64,000 nucleotides of DNA, taken from positions 288,001 through 352,000 of the forward strand of contig OY970209.1 in the NCBI GenBank assembly GCA_963713855.1, in the 5' to 3' direction. The stretch comes from an uncultured bacterium. Its GTDB lineage: Bacteria > Babelota > Babeliae > Babelales > Babelaceae. Below the pieces are notes generated by a model, which worked only from the letters and a program-made list of their open reading frames with translations, ran no database searches and was not told the DNA's origin. The translations under genes were made by a program, and so were the position numbers. Numbering within the stretch: position 1 is the stretch's first letter; every line of letters starts with the position of its first letter. Shown here piece after piece: positions 11,786 to 21,513 of the stretch.

Positions 11786-12018
11786 TCGTCTACCCCCCTT
11801 GTGTCCCTACTACTACAGGTTGCGTCCCTATCTCCTTTATGTTCTTCCCTGAGTGTAACGGAACGAATACTACCAAAACAACACTTGGCTATTTTTTCTT
11901 GCAAAATAGAAAATGCATTATAAAAGAATTAGGTTCTATAGGCATAGCAGCTCTCATAGCTTGAGCCTAAAAAGCTTTCCAAAAACAAAAGAGCCTATTA
12001 AATTTGACAGACAGAAAT

Positions 12019-13212
12019 TTAAACTACTTTGTAGAACCGGTGCTTACCAATTTTGATATGCATCCCGACAGTAAGGTCTATGTGTGCCTTGGGGTCGGTT
12101 ACTTTTATACCATCTACGCTTACAGCTCCTTCGCTAATAAGTGTGCGCGCTTGCGAGGAAGATGGCACAGCACCGAGCTTTTTAAGAAGTTCCACAATCC
12201 AGATTCGAGGTTCTTTAGATATGTCAGCCAATACAACTGGTTGAGCAAACTCAAAATCGCGCTTTTGAAAAAGATGCTCAAAAGCTTCTTGGGCTCTGTC
12301 AGCTTCGGCAGTACCTTGCCAGTACCGAGAAATAAGAGTATGGGCGAGAGCTTTTTTAAGCTCCATGGGATGCGCTTTTCCAGATGCTACCTCTTTACGC
12401 ATACGCTCAATAGTGTAAGCTGGGGTGCTTAAAAGTATCTCGTAATATGTCCACATAAGCTCATCTGAAATTGACATAATTTTTCCGTAAGCCTCAGAAG
12501 CCGGCTCAGAAAGACTAATGGCATTACCTAGAGACTTAGACATTTTAAGAGTGCCATCAAGTCCCGGAAGTAACGGAACGGTCATGACCACTTGAGGTTC
12601 TTGGCCATATTGCTCCTGCAAAAAGCGGCCCATAAGAAGATTAAATGTCTGATCGGTTCCACCTAGTTCAACGTCAGCGTGCAATGCAATCGAATCGTAG
12701 CCTTGTAACAGGGGGTAAACGAGCTCATGAAACCCAATGGGCTGATGATCAGCTATTCTAGCCGAAAAATCTTCTCGTTCAGTGAGTCGAGCAAGCGTTA
12801 CTTTAGAACAAAGCCCAAGCCACTCCTTACCCGTAAGCCCAGAAAGCCACTCAGCATTATAACGAATGGTAATATTATTAATATCAAGTACTTTTCCGAC
12901 TTGTTCTATATACGTCCTGAAGTTGTGAGCAATTTGCTCTTCGGTAAGCGGCGGGCGCGTTTTAGATCTTCCAGTAGGATCACCGATGCGTGCAGTAAAA
13001 TCCCCGATCAGAAAAATGACCTGGTGGCCCATGTCCTGGAAAGCTTTAAGCTTTGAAAGTACAACGGTATGACCAAGATGCAAATCCTGGGATGTTGGAT
13101 CGACGCCGAGCTTAATGATAAGTTTTTTTCCGGAAAGTAGCTTTTTTCTAAGCTCTTCCTGAGGAACAACGGTTGCCGTTCCCGCTAATAAATGCTCAAG
13201 TTTTTGCTCCAT
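12019..13212 (-). CDS. tyrS: Tyrosyl-tRNA synthetase
   Basis: HLGH, GGTDQTFN, KMSKS and a C-terminal S4-like domain. Confidence 0.97.
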   Translation of the reverse strand: MEQKLEHLLAGTATVVPQEELRKKLLSGKKLIIKLGVDPTSQDLHLGHTVVLSKLKAFQDMGHQVIFLIGDFTARIGDPTGRSKTRPPLTEEQIAHNFRTYIEQVGKVLDINNITIRYNAEWLSGLTGKEWLGLCSKVTLARLTEREDFSARIADHQPIGFHELVYPLLQGYDSIALHADVELGGTDQTFNLLMGRFLQEQYGQEPQVVMTVPLLPGLDGTLKMSKSLGNAISLSEPASEAYGKIMSISDELMWTYYEILLSTPAYTIERMRKEVASGKAHPMELKKALAHTLISRYWQGTAEADRAQEAFEHLFQKRDFEFAQPVVLADISKEPRIWIVELLKKLGAVPSSSQARTLISEGAVSVDGIKVTDPKAHIDLTVGMHIKIGKHRFYKVV

Positions 13213-13216
13213 ACTT

Positions 13217-13963
13217 TTATGCTACCCCTATAAGATGGCCTATGAACGTTATGCTGTTAAGAATAACGTAGAGAAAGAAATAGCGCAAAGGCCCACTAAA
13301 ATAATAACAACCTATAAAGATCGCAATAAAAATCGCAAACCTCTTTTCATGGGGATCTGTAAGAAATCCCCAATCAAGCTTTTCAGCAATATAAGAAATG
13401 ATACCAGATAGAATAGACATTGCAGCAATAATAAGGCTGGCGAATGTACAAGAAGTAAGAAACAATGTACCAAGAACAGCAAGGGACGTCATACTTGGGT
13501 AAAGCGATACCATCGCCGTATATGCCTGGTTACTTAATATGAAATACATAAATGATGAATGCAAAGGCGCTATGCCAAACAAGGGTACTAATACCATGAT
13601 GACAAGGGTTGCTAGTCCTATACCCATAAAGCTTGGCGCCCATTCTATCAAAAACGAACGAAAACCACCGAGTGGCTCGCCTAAACGAGCTTTGTTAAGA
13701 GGTACATTGCGTGTCCATAAAAGACCAACAAAAAGGAGTATAACAAAATCGATCAGTTGTATATGGTCGATAGGATTGTAGCTTCGCCATCCTTCACGAG
13801 TAGGCGTATCATCACCCCACATATGTGCAAGCCAAGCTTGACCAGCTTCAATCAAGGTGATACAAAAGACATACGCAGTAGTGAAAATTACTGAATTAAG
13901 AATAAGATTAACAAGTTTTAAAGTAAGCATAGAATTTAAACAACTCAAAGAAAAAATTTCCAC
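13217..13963 (-). CDS. Membrane protein, site-2 protease (M50)-like but lacking HExxH
   Basis: WGDDTPTREGWRSYNPIDHI and NVPLN resemble the M50 motifs GDPTAK.GRLTLNPL.HID and PVPVN; the expected HExxH reads IEAGQ. Alternative start at 13930. Confidence 0.6.
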   Translation of the reverse strand: MEIFSLSCLNSMLTLKLVNLILNSVIFTTAYVFCITLIEAGQAWLAHMWGDDTPTREGWRSYNPIDHIQLIDFVILLFVGLLWTRNVPLNKARLGEPLGGFRSFLIEWAPSFMGIGLATLVIMVLVPLFGIAPLHSSFMYFILSNQAYTAMVSLYPSMTSLAVLGTLFLTSCTFASLIIAAMSILSGIISYIAEKLDWGFLTDPHEKRFAIFIAIFIGCYYFSGPLRYFFLYVILNSITFIGHLIGVA

Positions 13964-14023
13964 AAGGAATACTTTTATAGTCTATAAAAAATCTGCCATA
14001 ACGTCAAAATAATAAGGGGCTCT

Positions 14024-16261
14024 ATGAGGCTTACAGGTGTGCACAAAAGACTTTTAAAAGTAGCTGGTGTTAGCGTACTGGTCCTTTTAACGGTACTTGT
14101 TTACTATCAATCGCTTTTTTATGGATTTATTTTTGATGACTATCCTAATATTGTTAACAGTGTAGGCATTAGAAATGATACTTTTAGAAACCTGTTTTTT
14201 GCCCATTCTCGATGGATCGTTTCCTGGCTTAATGCGCTTTACTATGGCGCTGTTGGTTTTGATCCTTTCTTTTACCGAGCCGGAAACCTCATGCTTCACC
14301 TTGTAAACGGCCTTCTGCTGTTTGCTCTTTTAAGTATACTAGGCCGATCCTCTCAAAACTCTTTTATGGGCCGCTATTCTTATCCGCTTTCCCTTTTGAC
14401 CACGGGACTCTTTTTGCTCCACCCTGTGCAAACTCAAACCATTTGTTACACGATCCAGGGACAGCTTGAGGGCTCTGCGCTTCTTTGTATACTCCTCATT
14501 CTTCTTAGTTATACACTATACGCCGTATCAAGCGGCATTGTGCGCTTTTGGGCTGCCTCGATTACCCTTCTACTTGGTATTATAAGCTGTGGAACCAAAG
14601 AAATAATTATTATTACTCCATTTCTGGTGCTGTTAATTGATTGGTTTTTTCTCTCTAAAGGCGACTGGAAGGAGCTTAAAACAAGGATACTCCTTCTATT
14701 CGCTTTAACTGTTAGCATGCTTAGTTGCTTTTGTGTTCTTGTAAGGCCCTCATACTTTATAGAACTTGTAACCCTTAATACCAAGTATCTTAATAACGCG
14801 GGAAATATGCTCACGGCCCAACCTGAAACTATTATTACGCCAGCACATTTTTTCATCTCTCAGTTTAAAGTGATACTCCATTATCTGGGAATTTTTGCCT
14901 GGCCGGCCGGATTGAGCATCGATTATGGCTGGAAGCTATCTGAAAGTTTTTGGTCTGCAGATAGCTTTTTCCCATTTTGTTTTTTGTGTCTCATGTGGTC
15001 CTACTTTTTAAAAAGATGGTATAACGATAAAACTGATCTTACCGTTTTTGCATTCTTGTGGTTTTTTATAAGCATTCTGCCTCGAGCAAGCGTTATTCCT
15101 TCATCTGAGCTCGTCGTTGATTATAAAACATACCAAGCATCAATAGGGCTTTCTTTCATACTGGCATATCTCTTCCTTCAAAGCACCGAAAGACTAGCCC
15201 TTTGGTATTCTTCTAGACTTTACAGACTCCATCCTGCTGTTTGGCCGGCCTTAAGCCTCATACTATTGACCGAGAGCCTCATAGCAAAAAGAAGAACAAG
15301 AGTATGGGCTTCAAAAAAGGACTTTTGGAAGGACGCTCTTGAACATAAACAAGATAAAGCCAGACCCTATAACAATTACGCGTTTGCCCTTTTAGAAGAA
15401 AAAAAGCCCACAGAAGCGCTACCCTACCTTAAAAAGGCTCTTGAAATAGACCCACATTACTCGGATGCGTGGAATAATCTTGCTTTAGCAGAAGGTGCTT
15501 TAGGCAATGTGGATAAGGCCATAGAGTGCTTACAAAGAGCTATACACTTAAACCCGGGACATGCTGAAAGCTATAACAATCTCGCTGCTTATTATATGGG
15601 CAAAAAAGATTTTACCAGTGCTCAAAATCTTCTTAAAAAGGCGTTACTTATAAGAAAACATTACGGAACAGCGCTCTTTCAGCTAGGGCAAATAAGCTTT
15701 TTTAATGAGAAAGTTGAAGAAGCCAACGAGTACTTTAAAGAGGCTTGTACGCGTTCTGACCGTTTGACGGCTGAAGCACACTCTTGCTGGGGTATGACAA
15801 GCATGCTTCTTCATCGTTATAATGACGCTCTAAAAGCCTATGCGATGGCAGTAAAACTTAAGCCTGAGGATGAAGAACTTCAAGTGCATTTGGGGTATGC
15901 CAACCTTTATACTAAAAAATATCCGGAAGCTGAAAAAATATTTAGAGAGCTTTCCGAAAAGCACAATGACCATGTACATGCTCTATTAGGCCTTGCTGAT
16001 GTATTTATAGCTTGTCAGCAATACCAGAATGCCCTCGATATCTACAAAAAAGTTGAACAGCATGCATCTAAAGAGCCACTTATATTTTTACGCATGGCGG
16101 GCTGTTACTACAAGCTTAAAGATTTGAAGATGGCACGTGTCTATATAGATTGCGTATTAGCAGCAAATCCTTCACCTGAGCTGCAAGCAACGCTTGAAGA
16201 AATATGCGCTGCAATCGAACGAGGCGATGACCAAGCTAAGATATTAAACTGGTTTAAATAA
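14024..16261 (+). CDS. TMTC-like GT-C glycosyltransferase (protein O-mannosyltransferase-like) with C-terminal TPRs
   Basis: FIFDD luminal-loop motif, NLMLHLVNG, LFLLHPVQT, KE motif, WPAGLSIDY, many TM segments, then a TPR array. Confidence 0.8.
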   Translation: MRLTGVHKRLLKVAGVSVLVLLTVLVYYQSLFYGFIFDDYPNIVNSVGIRNDTFRNLFFAHSRWIVSWLNALYYGAVGFDPFFYRAGNLMLHLVNGLLLFALLSILGRSSQNSFMGRYSYPLSLLTTGLFLLHPVQTQTICYTIQGQLEGSALLCILLILLSYTLYAVSSGIVRFWAASITLLLGIISCGTKEIIIITPFLVLLIDWFFLSKGDWKELKTRILLLFALTVSMLSCFCVLVRPSYFIELVTLNTKYLNNAGNMLTAQPETIITPAHFFISQFKVILHYLGIFAWPAGLSIDYGWKLSESFWSADSFFPFCFLCLMWSYFLKRWYNDKTDLTVFAFLWFFISILPRASVIPSSELVVDYKTYQASIGLSFILAYLFLQSTERLALWYSSRLYRLHPAVWPALSLILLTESLIAKRRTRVWASKKDFWKDALEHKQDKARPYNNYAFALLEEKKPTEALPYLKKALEIDPHYSDAWNNLALAEGALGNVDKAIECLQRAIHLNPGHAESYNNLAAYYMGKKDFTSAQNLLKKALLIRKHYGTALFQLGQISFFNEKVEEANEYFKEACTRSDRLTAEAHSCWGMTSMLLHRYNDALKAYAMAVKLKPEDEELQVHLGYANLYTKKYPEAEKIFRELSEKHNDHVHALLGLADVFIACQQYQNALDIYKKVEQHASKEPLIFLRMAGCYYKLKDLKMARVYIDCVLAANPSPELQATLEEICAAIERGDDQAKILNWFK

Positions 16262-17095
16262 TTTTTTAGCTTTCTTACGCTTTAAAGGTCGGTCAGATGC
16301 AGTTTCAAGTCGACTAGGATTTCGATACAAAAGAAACTCATCTAACTCTTTAATAAAACAGCGTGGACTAAACTTGCGGGCAAAAAGATAGCCGTGCTTT
16401 ATTACCTTAAGTACAAGTTCCTTTTCATTAGCTAATTTAAGGTTGCTAAAGGTAAAAGGGGCTCTACCGTTAGGCCCTTTGCGATCCCAATTGACATAAG
16501 TCGTATCATAAGGAGAAACTTCATCGCGTAAAGCTCTTTTAAATGCTATAACTGTGCCGGGATAATGCTCATTATCGCAGTAGACAGGCCTCTTTTTGAG
16601 GTATTTAGCAGAAGCTACTAAAAGAGCTGCATGCTTTCTATTAAGCACAATCCACTGAGAATGTTTTTGTTGATATTTTAACTGAATACCGGGCACCATT
16701 CGACTGTGCGGGGCATCTTTAGGTGTATATATATTTAAATGAGGGTTAGGCTGTGTCTTAAAAATGCTCTTTGGTGTCGAGAATAAAACCCTGTAGACTT
16801 TCGCAAAATTTTGTAAGGGTATGGTACTTTCTGACAAGAAAACAAATTTGCCATTTTGTGGGTCCTTTAAAGCTTCTTTAAGAAGCGCTATCTGGGCTTT
16901 CATAGTATGCGACCACGAAGTTTGAACAGTTTCAGGAATGACATAAGGCTTTAAAAATGGCGATGTTACATTTTTTTTATTTTTAGCGTGCACATAGAGC
17001 GAATACTGATGTTCATACCCATTTAAAAAATCTTTCCAATGCTCTTCATGGTTTAGGTTTCCTATAGTCAAGAATAGAAAAGCGAGCTTGAGCAT
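16244..17095 (-). CDS. Core-2/I-branching (GT14/DUF266-like) glycosyltransferase
   Basis: KLAFLFLT, YSLYVH, ALKDPQNGKFVFLSESTIPL, SQWIVLNRKHA, DNEHY, LFARKF; ATG 17095 has a GAGG RBS. Confidence 0.8.
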   Translation of the reverse strand: MLKLAFLFLTIGNLNHEEHWKDFLNGYEHQYSLYVHAKNKKNVTSPFLKPYVIPETVQTSWSHTMKAQIALLKEALKDPQNGKFVFLSESTIPLQNFAKVYRVLFSTPKSIFKTQPNPHLNIYTPKDAPHSRMVPGIQLKYQQKHSQWIVLNRKHAALLVASAKYLKKRPVYCDNEHYPGTVIAFKRALRDEVSPYDTTYVNWDRKGPNGRAPFTFSNLKLANEKELVLKVIKHGYLFARKFSPRCFIKELDEFLLYRNPSRLETASDRPLKRKKAKKLFKPV

Positions 17096-17187
17096 GTGTA
17101 CCTCTAACGTTATTTTACGAATGTTATTTGCTGCTGCACCCATTTGGTGTACATTTTTATAAATGCTTAAAAATGGTGCCAATTTGT

Positions 17188-18363
17188 ATGAACCCTTTTA
17201 CATGCTTTTCCTATAAACTCTCTATCATTCTGCTATTACCTCCTCTTGCATATGGTAAGGCTTTGCCCGAAGGCATTGTCCTCGAGACAATAATAAGCCC
17301 CTGTGTACTTTATTGTATAACAATCGACCCTCAAAAAAGAAGTATTATTTTAGAGACCACGACTCATGGTGACCGTGAAAATACATCATGTATCGCAATG
17401 AGAAAAAAAGCGCTCGGAGGCATCAATGCGAATAATTATAGAAGGGGAGGTGCTTTTAATGGAAACGCCGTCGATTTTCTTAAAATACATAAGCTCTACA
17501 CCGATCCTGGCATTAGAAGATCAGCTTTAGCGTGGAATAAAGGCGATGCAAGGCCGCTTATAGGACGTCTGGAAGTCGAACATACACTTACGATAGGAAA
17601 GCAGACCTTTGCCATAGACGCAGTTAATCAGCCGTGCGATGCTAATAAAGCTATACTCTATACAAGAACGTTTGGTACAGGAACGAAAGACTTACAAATA
17701 GGCCATGAGTGCGTTATAGAAAAAAATCGTGTACGAAGTGTACTCACCAATCAAGCTAATACGGTAATACCTAAAAACGGGTATATTTATTCTATAGGAA
17801 CCAACCGCGCTATCGATACCACACTGCTCAAAAAAGGCCTGATTGCATCATATAAAAGGAAAGTATTTTTAAAAAACAAGCAGGGTACTTTTGATATAAC
17901 GGATAAAGATTACATCGTAAGCGGCGCCGGCCTTCTTATACAAGATGGTATTATCGTCGACAATTTTGAAGCAGACTTTATGCATGACTCACCAATTACC
18001 CATTGCCAAGATGAGATAGCGGCGGATTTTTCGATTCCTAGAGAACGGGAGTGGCTTATAAATCAACAACATCCACGCACTGCGGTTGGTATATTGCCCG
18101 ATGGTAAATGGCTTTTTGTTATCGCCGATGGCCGGCAACCAGGTTATAGCATGGGCGTGAACTTTCAAGAATTAGCTCATTTCATGCTCAAAAAGGGGTG
18201 CATCTACGCGCTAAATATGGGAGGAGGTGGCTGTAGCACGCTTTTTTTAGAAGACGCTATCATCAATAGTCCTTGCGGCACAAAGGAGCATGGAAAAAGT
18301 ATAAGCCAAGAAGAAAAAAGAGCCCGTGAGCGGCCTGTATGCTCAGCCTTTCTTATAAGGTGA
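17188..18363 (+). CDS. Phosphodiester glycosidase (NAGPA/DUF2233-like) family protein
   Basis: HPRTAVG, ADGRQPGYSMG, ALNMGGGGCS, ERPV; signal peptide. ORF-track start is 17128. Confidence 0.8.
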   Translation: MNPFTCFSYKLSIILLLPPLAYGKALPEGIVLETIISPCVLYCITIDPQKRSIILETTTHGDRENTSCIAMRKKALGGINANNYRRGGAFNGNAVDFLKIHKLYTDPGIRRSALAWNKGDARPLIGRLEVEHTLTIGKQTFAIDAVNQPCDANKAILYTRTFGTGTKDLQIGHECVIEKNRVRSVLTNQANTVIPKNGYIYSIGTNRAIDTTLLKKGLIASYKRKVFLKNKQGTFDITDKDYIVSGAGLLIQDGIIVDNFEADFMHDSPITHCQDEIAADFSIPREREWLINQQHPRTAVGILPDGKWLFVIADGRQPGYSMGVNFQELAHFMLKKGCIYALNMGGGGCSTLFLEDAIINSPCGTKEHGKSISQEEKRARERPVCSAFLIR

Positions 18364-18464
18364 TAGAAAAATCCCGACCTTGAAAGAATCTTGCAGTTCC
18401 GACCAAAATGCATTAAAATGGGAAAAAGTCGAGACTATTCTCCATTTCGAGAAGGTTTGGTCGA

Positions 18465-19586
18465 ATGAAAAGAGTACAAAAAGAGAGAATTCTTAAAGAT
18501 CTAGGAAAAAAAATGGTCCTTCTGGTCGGACCGCGGCAGGCGGGAAAGACATGGCTTGCTAAAGAAATTGCGAGTGAGTTTCGCAATAGTGTCTATCTTA
18601 ATTATGATCAAGTACTAGATCGCAAAATAATGCTTGCGCAAACTTGGCTTCCAACCACGGAGATTCTTGTTTTAGATGAACTTCATAAGATGGATGATTG
18701 GAAGAACTATCTTAAGGGGATCTATGATACCAAAGAGCCGTCTATGAAAATCTTAGTAACTGGAAGCGCCCGACTAGAGATATACGATCAGTTGGGTGAT
18801 TCATTAGCCGGCAGATACTTTCGGCAACGGTTGTTACCCCTTTCTTTAGCTGAGCTTTCTCAAGTCGGTATGAGTCCAGATATTGATAGGTTAATTGAAC
18901 GGGGTGGCTTTCCAGAGCCTTATCTAGATGAAAGTACTATTGAAGCAAATAGGTGGCGATTACTATATGTTAATAGCATGTTAAGTACTGATATCTTTGA
19001 GTTTGATAAAATCTATAACGTCAAAGCAATGCAGCTTTTGTTTAATTTGCTAAGAAATCGTGTAGGTTCTCCCGCCTCATATCAATCTCTAGCTGAAGAT
19101 TTAGCTGTTTCACCTACAACTGTTAAAAAATATATTGAGATTTTAGAGGCCTTATATATTGTTTTTAGAGTTACACCGTATTCCCGAAATATAGCAAGAA
19201 GTCTATTAAAAGAGCCAAAGCTGTATTTTTTTGATACAGGGCTTGTTCAGGGGGATGAAGGAGCAAAATTTGAAAATCTTGTTGCCATAAGCCTCCTTAA
19301 GGATATCTATGCAAGAACAGATTACTTTGGCGAAGAAAGAACCTTGCATTATCTAAGAACAAAAGACGGCATTGAAGTTAATTTTGCTATAGCGCATGGT
19401 GAAAATATCGAAAAGATCATAGAGTCGAAATTATCAAATCACACAGTAAATAAATCGCTGCTATACTTTCACAACAAATACAAATACCCCGCAATTCAGT
19501 TGGTTAAATACCTGCGGCATGAAATTCAACAAAATGAGATCCAGGTTTTAAAAGCTGAGAAATTTTTATCAGAATTGTTTTTATAG
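18465..19586 (+). CDS. AAA_14 ATPase with DUF4143 domain
   Basis: GPRQAGKT, LDELH, VTGSA, SLAGR, GGFPE, PKLYFFDTG. Confidence 0.9.
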   Translation: MKRVQKERILKDLGKKMVLLVGPRQAGKTWLAKEIASEFRNSVYLNYDQVLDRKIMLAQTWLPTTEILVLDELHKMDDWKNYLKGIYDTKEPSMKILVTGSARLEIYDQLGDSLAGRYFRQRLLPLSLAELSQVGMSPDIDRLIERGGFPEPYLDESTIEANRWRLLYVNSMLSTDIFEFDKIYNVKAMQLLFNLLRNRVGSPASYQSLAEDLAVSPTTVKKYIEILEALYIVFRVTPYSRNIARSLLKEPKLYFFDTGLVQGDEGAKFENLVAISLLKDIYARTDYFGEERTLHYLRTKDGIEVNFAIAHGENIEKIIESKLSNHTVNKSLLYFHNKYKYPAIQLVKYLRHEIQQNEIQVLKAEKFLSELFL

Positions 19587-19640
19587 GAAACGCTAATTGC
19601 GCATAGCGAGAGAATCAGTACTTAAAAAAATAGTTTACGC

Positions 19641-19952
19641 TTAAATTTTTTGCGGATTATCCCAAATTCTCCATGCCTCGTAAGGTACACGAAGTCGACC
19701 TACTTCAATTATCTCGGCGCTTTTGGGCAACATTAGTGGCTCATATACTTTGGTAAAAAAAGTAAATCCTTTATAAGTAGTCAAATAGCGGTAATGTTTT
19801 CTTATAAAACCACCCTTCGCCGTAAGCACCATAGGAGCTTCATTTTTCTCCAAAAGAGAGAGAAACGCTTGCGGCTTTAGCTGGACGACGATACTCATTG
19901 AGTAAATTGCTTGTAACAAAGCAAAATGAGCAGCATGACTTCCTGACATCAT
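19641..19952 (-). CDS. Small hypothetical protein
   Basis: 103 aa with AGGAGA RBS; protein-like composition (GGFIRKHYRYLTTYKGFTFFTK). Confidence 0.65.
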   Translation of the reverse strand: MMSGSHAAHFALLQAIYSMSIVVQLKPQAFLSLLEKNEAPMVLTAKGGFIRKHYRYLTTYKGFTFFTKVYEPLMLPKSAEIIEVGRLRVPYEAWRIWDNPQKI

Positions 19953-20095
19953 TTTCTCCTTTACGTTTTGCTTGAGACATATTCAAGCTAGATTCTAAAG
20001 CTTTAAGCACTTTTTTGTCCATATGTTTACGGGTTCACGAAAAGTTTGCATTAGCCCTCAGCCAAAACTGAGGGCGTAGCTAAAGTCGTGATGAA

Positions 20096-20947
20096 TTACT
20101 CACTAAATACTTCATTGATCAAAGCAACGACCCATGAACCAAACCATGAATCTTTATATTGTGCGCGTAGCTCTTTAACATACATTACTGTTGCATAATC
20201 TGCAGGATGTGAGCCTTGCTCACTTTGAGAATGTTTCTTCGTTTGCTCAAGAGCTTTTCTGAGCATGGCTTTGAGCACTGTTCGCTCTTCTGGTTCCCCC
20301 CAGCGTAAGCTACTCTCATTTTTTTCATATTCTCGACAAGCGTTTATAAGAAAAAAGATAAGTGAAGCATCGGGCAGCAGTCCATCAGCATTTGTTACAC
20401 CGCCAATCGTAAAAAACCCCGGAGACACAAGCCTAATTTCCATTTCATAAAGCAAATGATCCAAAGCAACTTGAGCATCGTAGACTGTGACTTCTCGATC
20501 GCCTGAAAAAAATCTTACTAAGGTCTCTATTTCGCTATAAGCATTTTGTCTAACGCTGTTTTCATCAGGAGCACCCATTGGACCTTGAGGGAGTTGGCTT
20601 TCTAAATATGAAGGCGGATTTTCTTGCCATGCCTGATGCGTAACCGTCATTTGTTGCCATTGAGGTTGCGGCTGATTCCACTGGTTACCATAGCCAGCAT
20701 TTTCCGGGTACATAGCTGGTTGAGGCGGATAATACCCTGGCCATTGCGTTGAATGAGTTTGGGTTTGATGGAAATACGTTTGCTGTGCCTGCTGATAATT
20801 TCCCTGTACGTAGTTATGCAAAGCTTGATCAGGATGTGTTGGCGCACCATGATAATACGGATCCCCCATACCTAGCGTGTTGAAAGTTTGACCACAGACA
20901 ATAAGAACTAAAAATCCGATGAGAAAGCGATGCGCTTTTAAAAGCAT
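20096..20947 (-). CDS. Secreted hypothetical protein with Gln/Pro/Tyr-rich low-complexity N-terminus
   Basis: Signal peptide followed by a QQAQQTY/YYPPQP/QWNQPQPQWQQ region. Confidence 0.75.
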   Translation of the reverse strand: MLLKAHRFLIGFLVLIVCGQTFNTLGMGDPYYHGAPTHPDQALHNYVQGNYQQAQQTYFHQTQTHSTQWPGYYPPQPAMYPENAGYGNQWNQPQPQWQQMTVTHQAWQENPPSYLESQLPQGPMGAPDENSVRQNAYSEIETLVRFFSGDREVTVYDAQVALDHLLYEMEIRLVSPGFFTIGGVTNADGLLPDASLIFFLINACREYEKNESSLRWGEPEERTVLKAMLRKALEQTKKHSQSEQGSHPADYATVMYVKELRAQYKDSWFGSWVVALINEVFSE

Positions 20948-21167
20948 ATGATGTCCCTTTATTTAATTAAATACCATGTATCAAGCGTAAACGATTTTTT
21001 TCACATTGTCACGATAACCGCAAAGCAAAAAATAGTACGTGCTGCCTCTAGATTGGTATTTCGATAAAAAATGACCAATTTCGTCTTACGGAAAGTATTT
21101 GAGTATTTACTTATTTACGTACTTCTAATAGATTATTAATTACTTCACCCCTGATGAAGGATTAAGT

Positions 21168-21305
21168 ATGAGTGAAAAAGCAGGTACAACTCGAGTATCT
21201 CTGGATATTCCCGTCGACTATCATAAGCAACTCAAGGCTGTAGCCGCTTTGCGTGGCAAGACTCTACGACAAATTATTCTTGCATCTCGATCAATGCATT
21301 TCTAA
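21168..21305 (+). CDS. Small ribbon-helix-helix protein (antitoxin/ParG-like), possibly truncated
   Basis: Manual translation MSEKAGTTRVSLDIPVDYHKQLKAVAALRGKTLRQIILASRSMHF; AAGGA RBS. Confidence 0.55.
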   Translation: MSEKAGTTRVSLDIPVDYHKQLKAVAALRGKTLRQIILASRSMHF

Positions 21306-21513
21306 GCAGATCGCCGATTTATCAGCCAAAAGAACTGACAAAGCTCATGAAATTCCAGAACACGAACTTTGGGTTTACGAGCCTGCCAACAAAAACCTTG
21401 TGGGCCATATAAAAAAGGGGCCACATATATAGAGGCTCGTTTTGCAAGCCTGAGAAGTAACGATGTTAATAAGAAAAATAAAATTTATTTCACAGGGCCA
21501 GACTACAGTTTTC

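Noticed and set aside
18370..18465. CGACCAAA/TTTGGTCG inverted repeat upstream of the first AAA ATPase
   Set aside because: Only 8 bp, widely spaced and unrelated to the CGGA-N6-TCCG motif; too weak to call.
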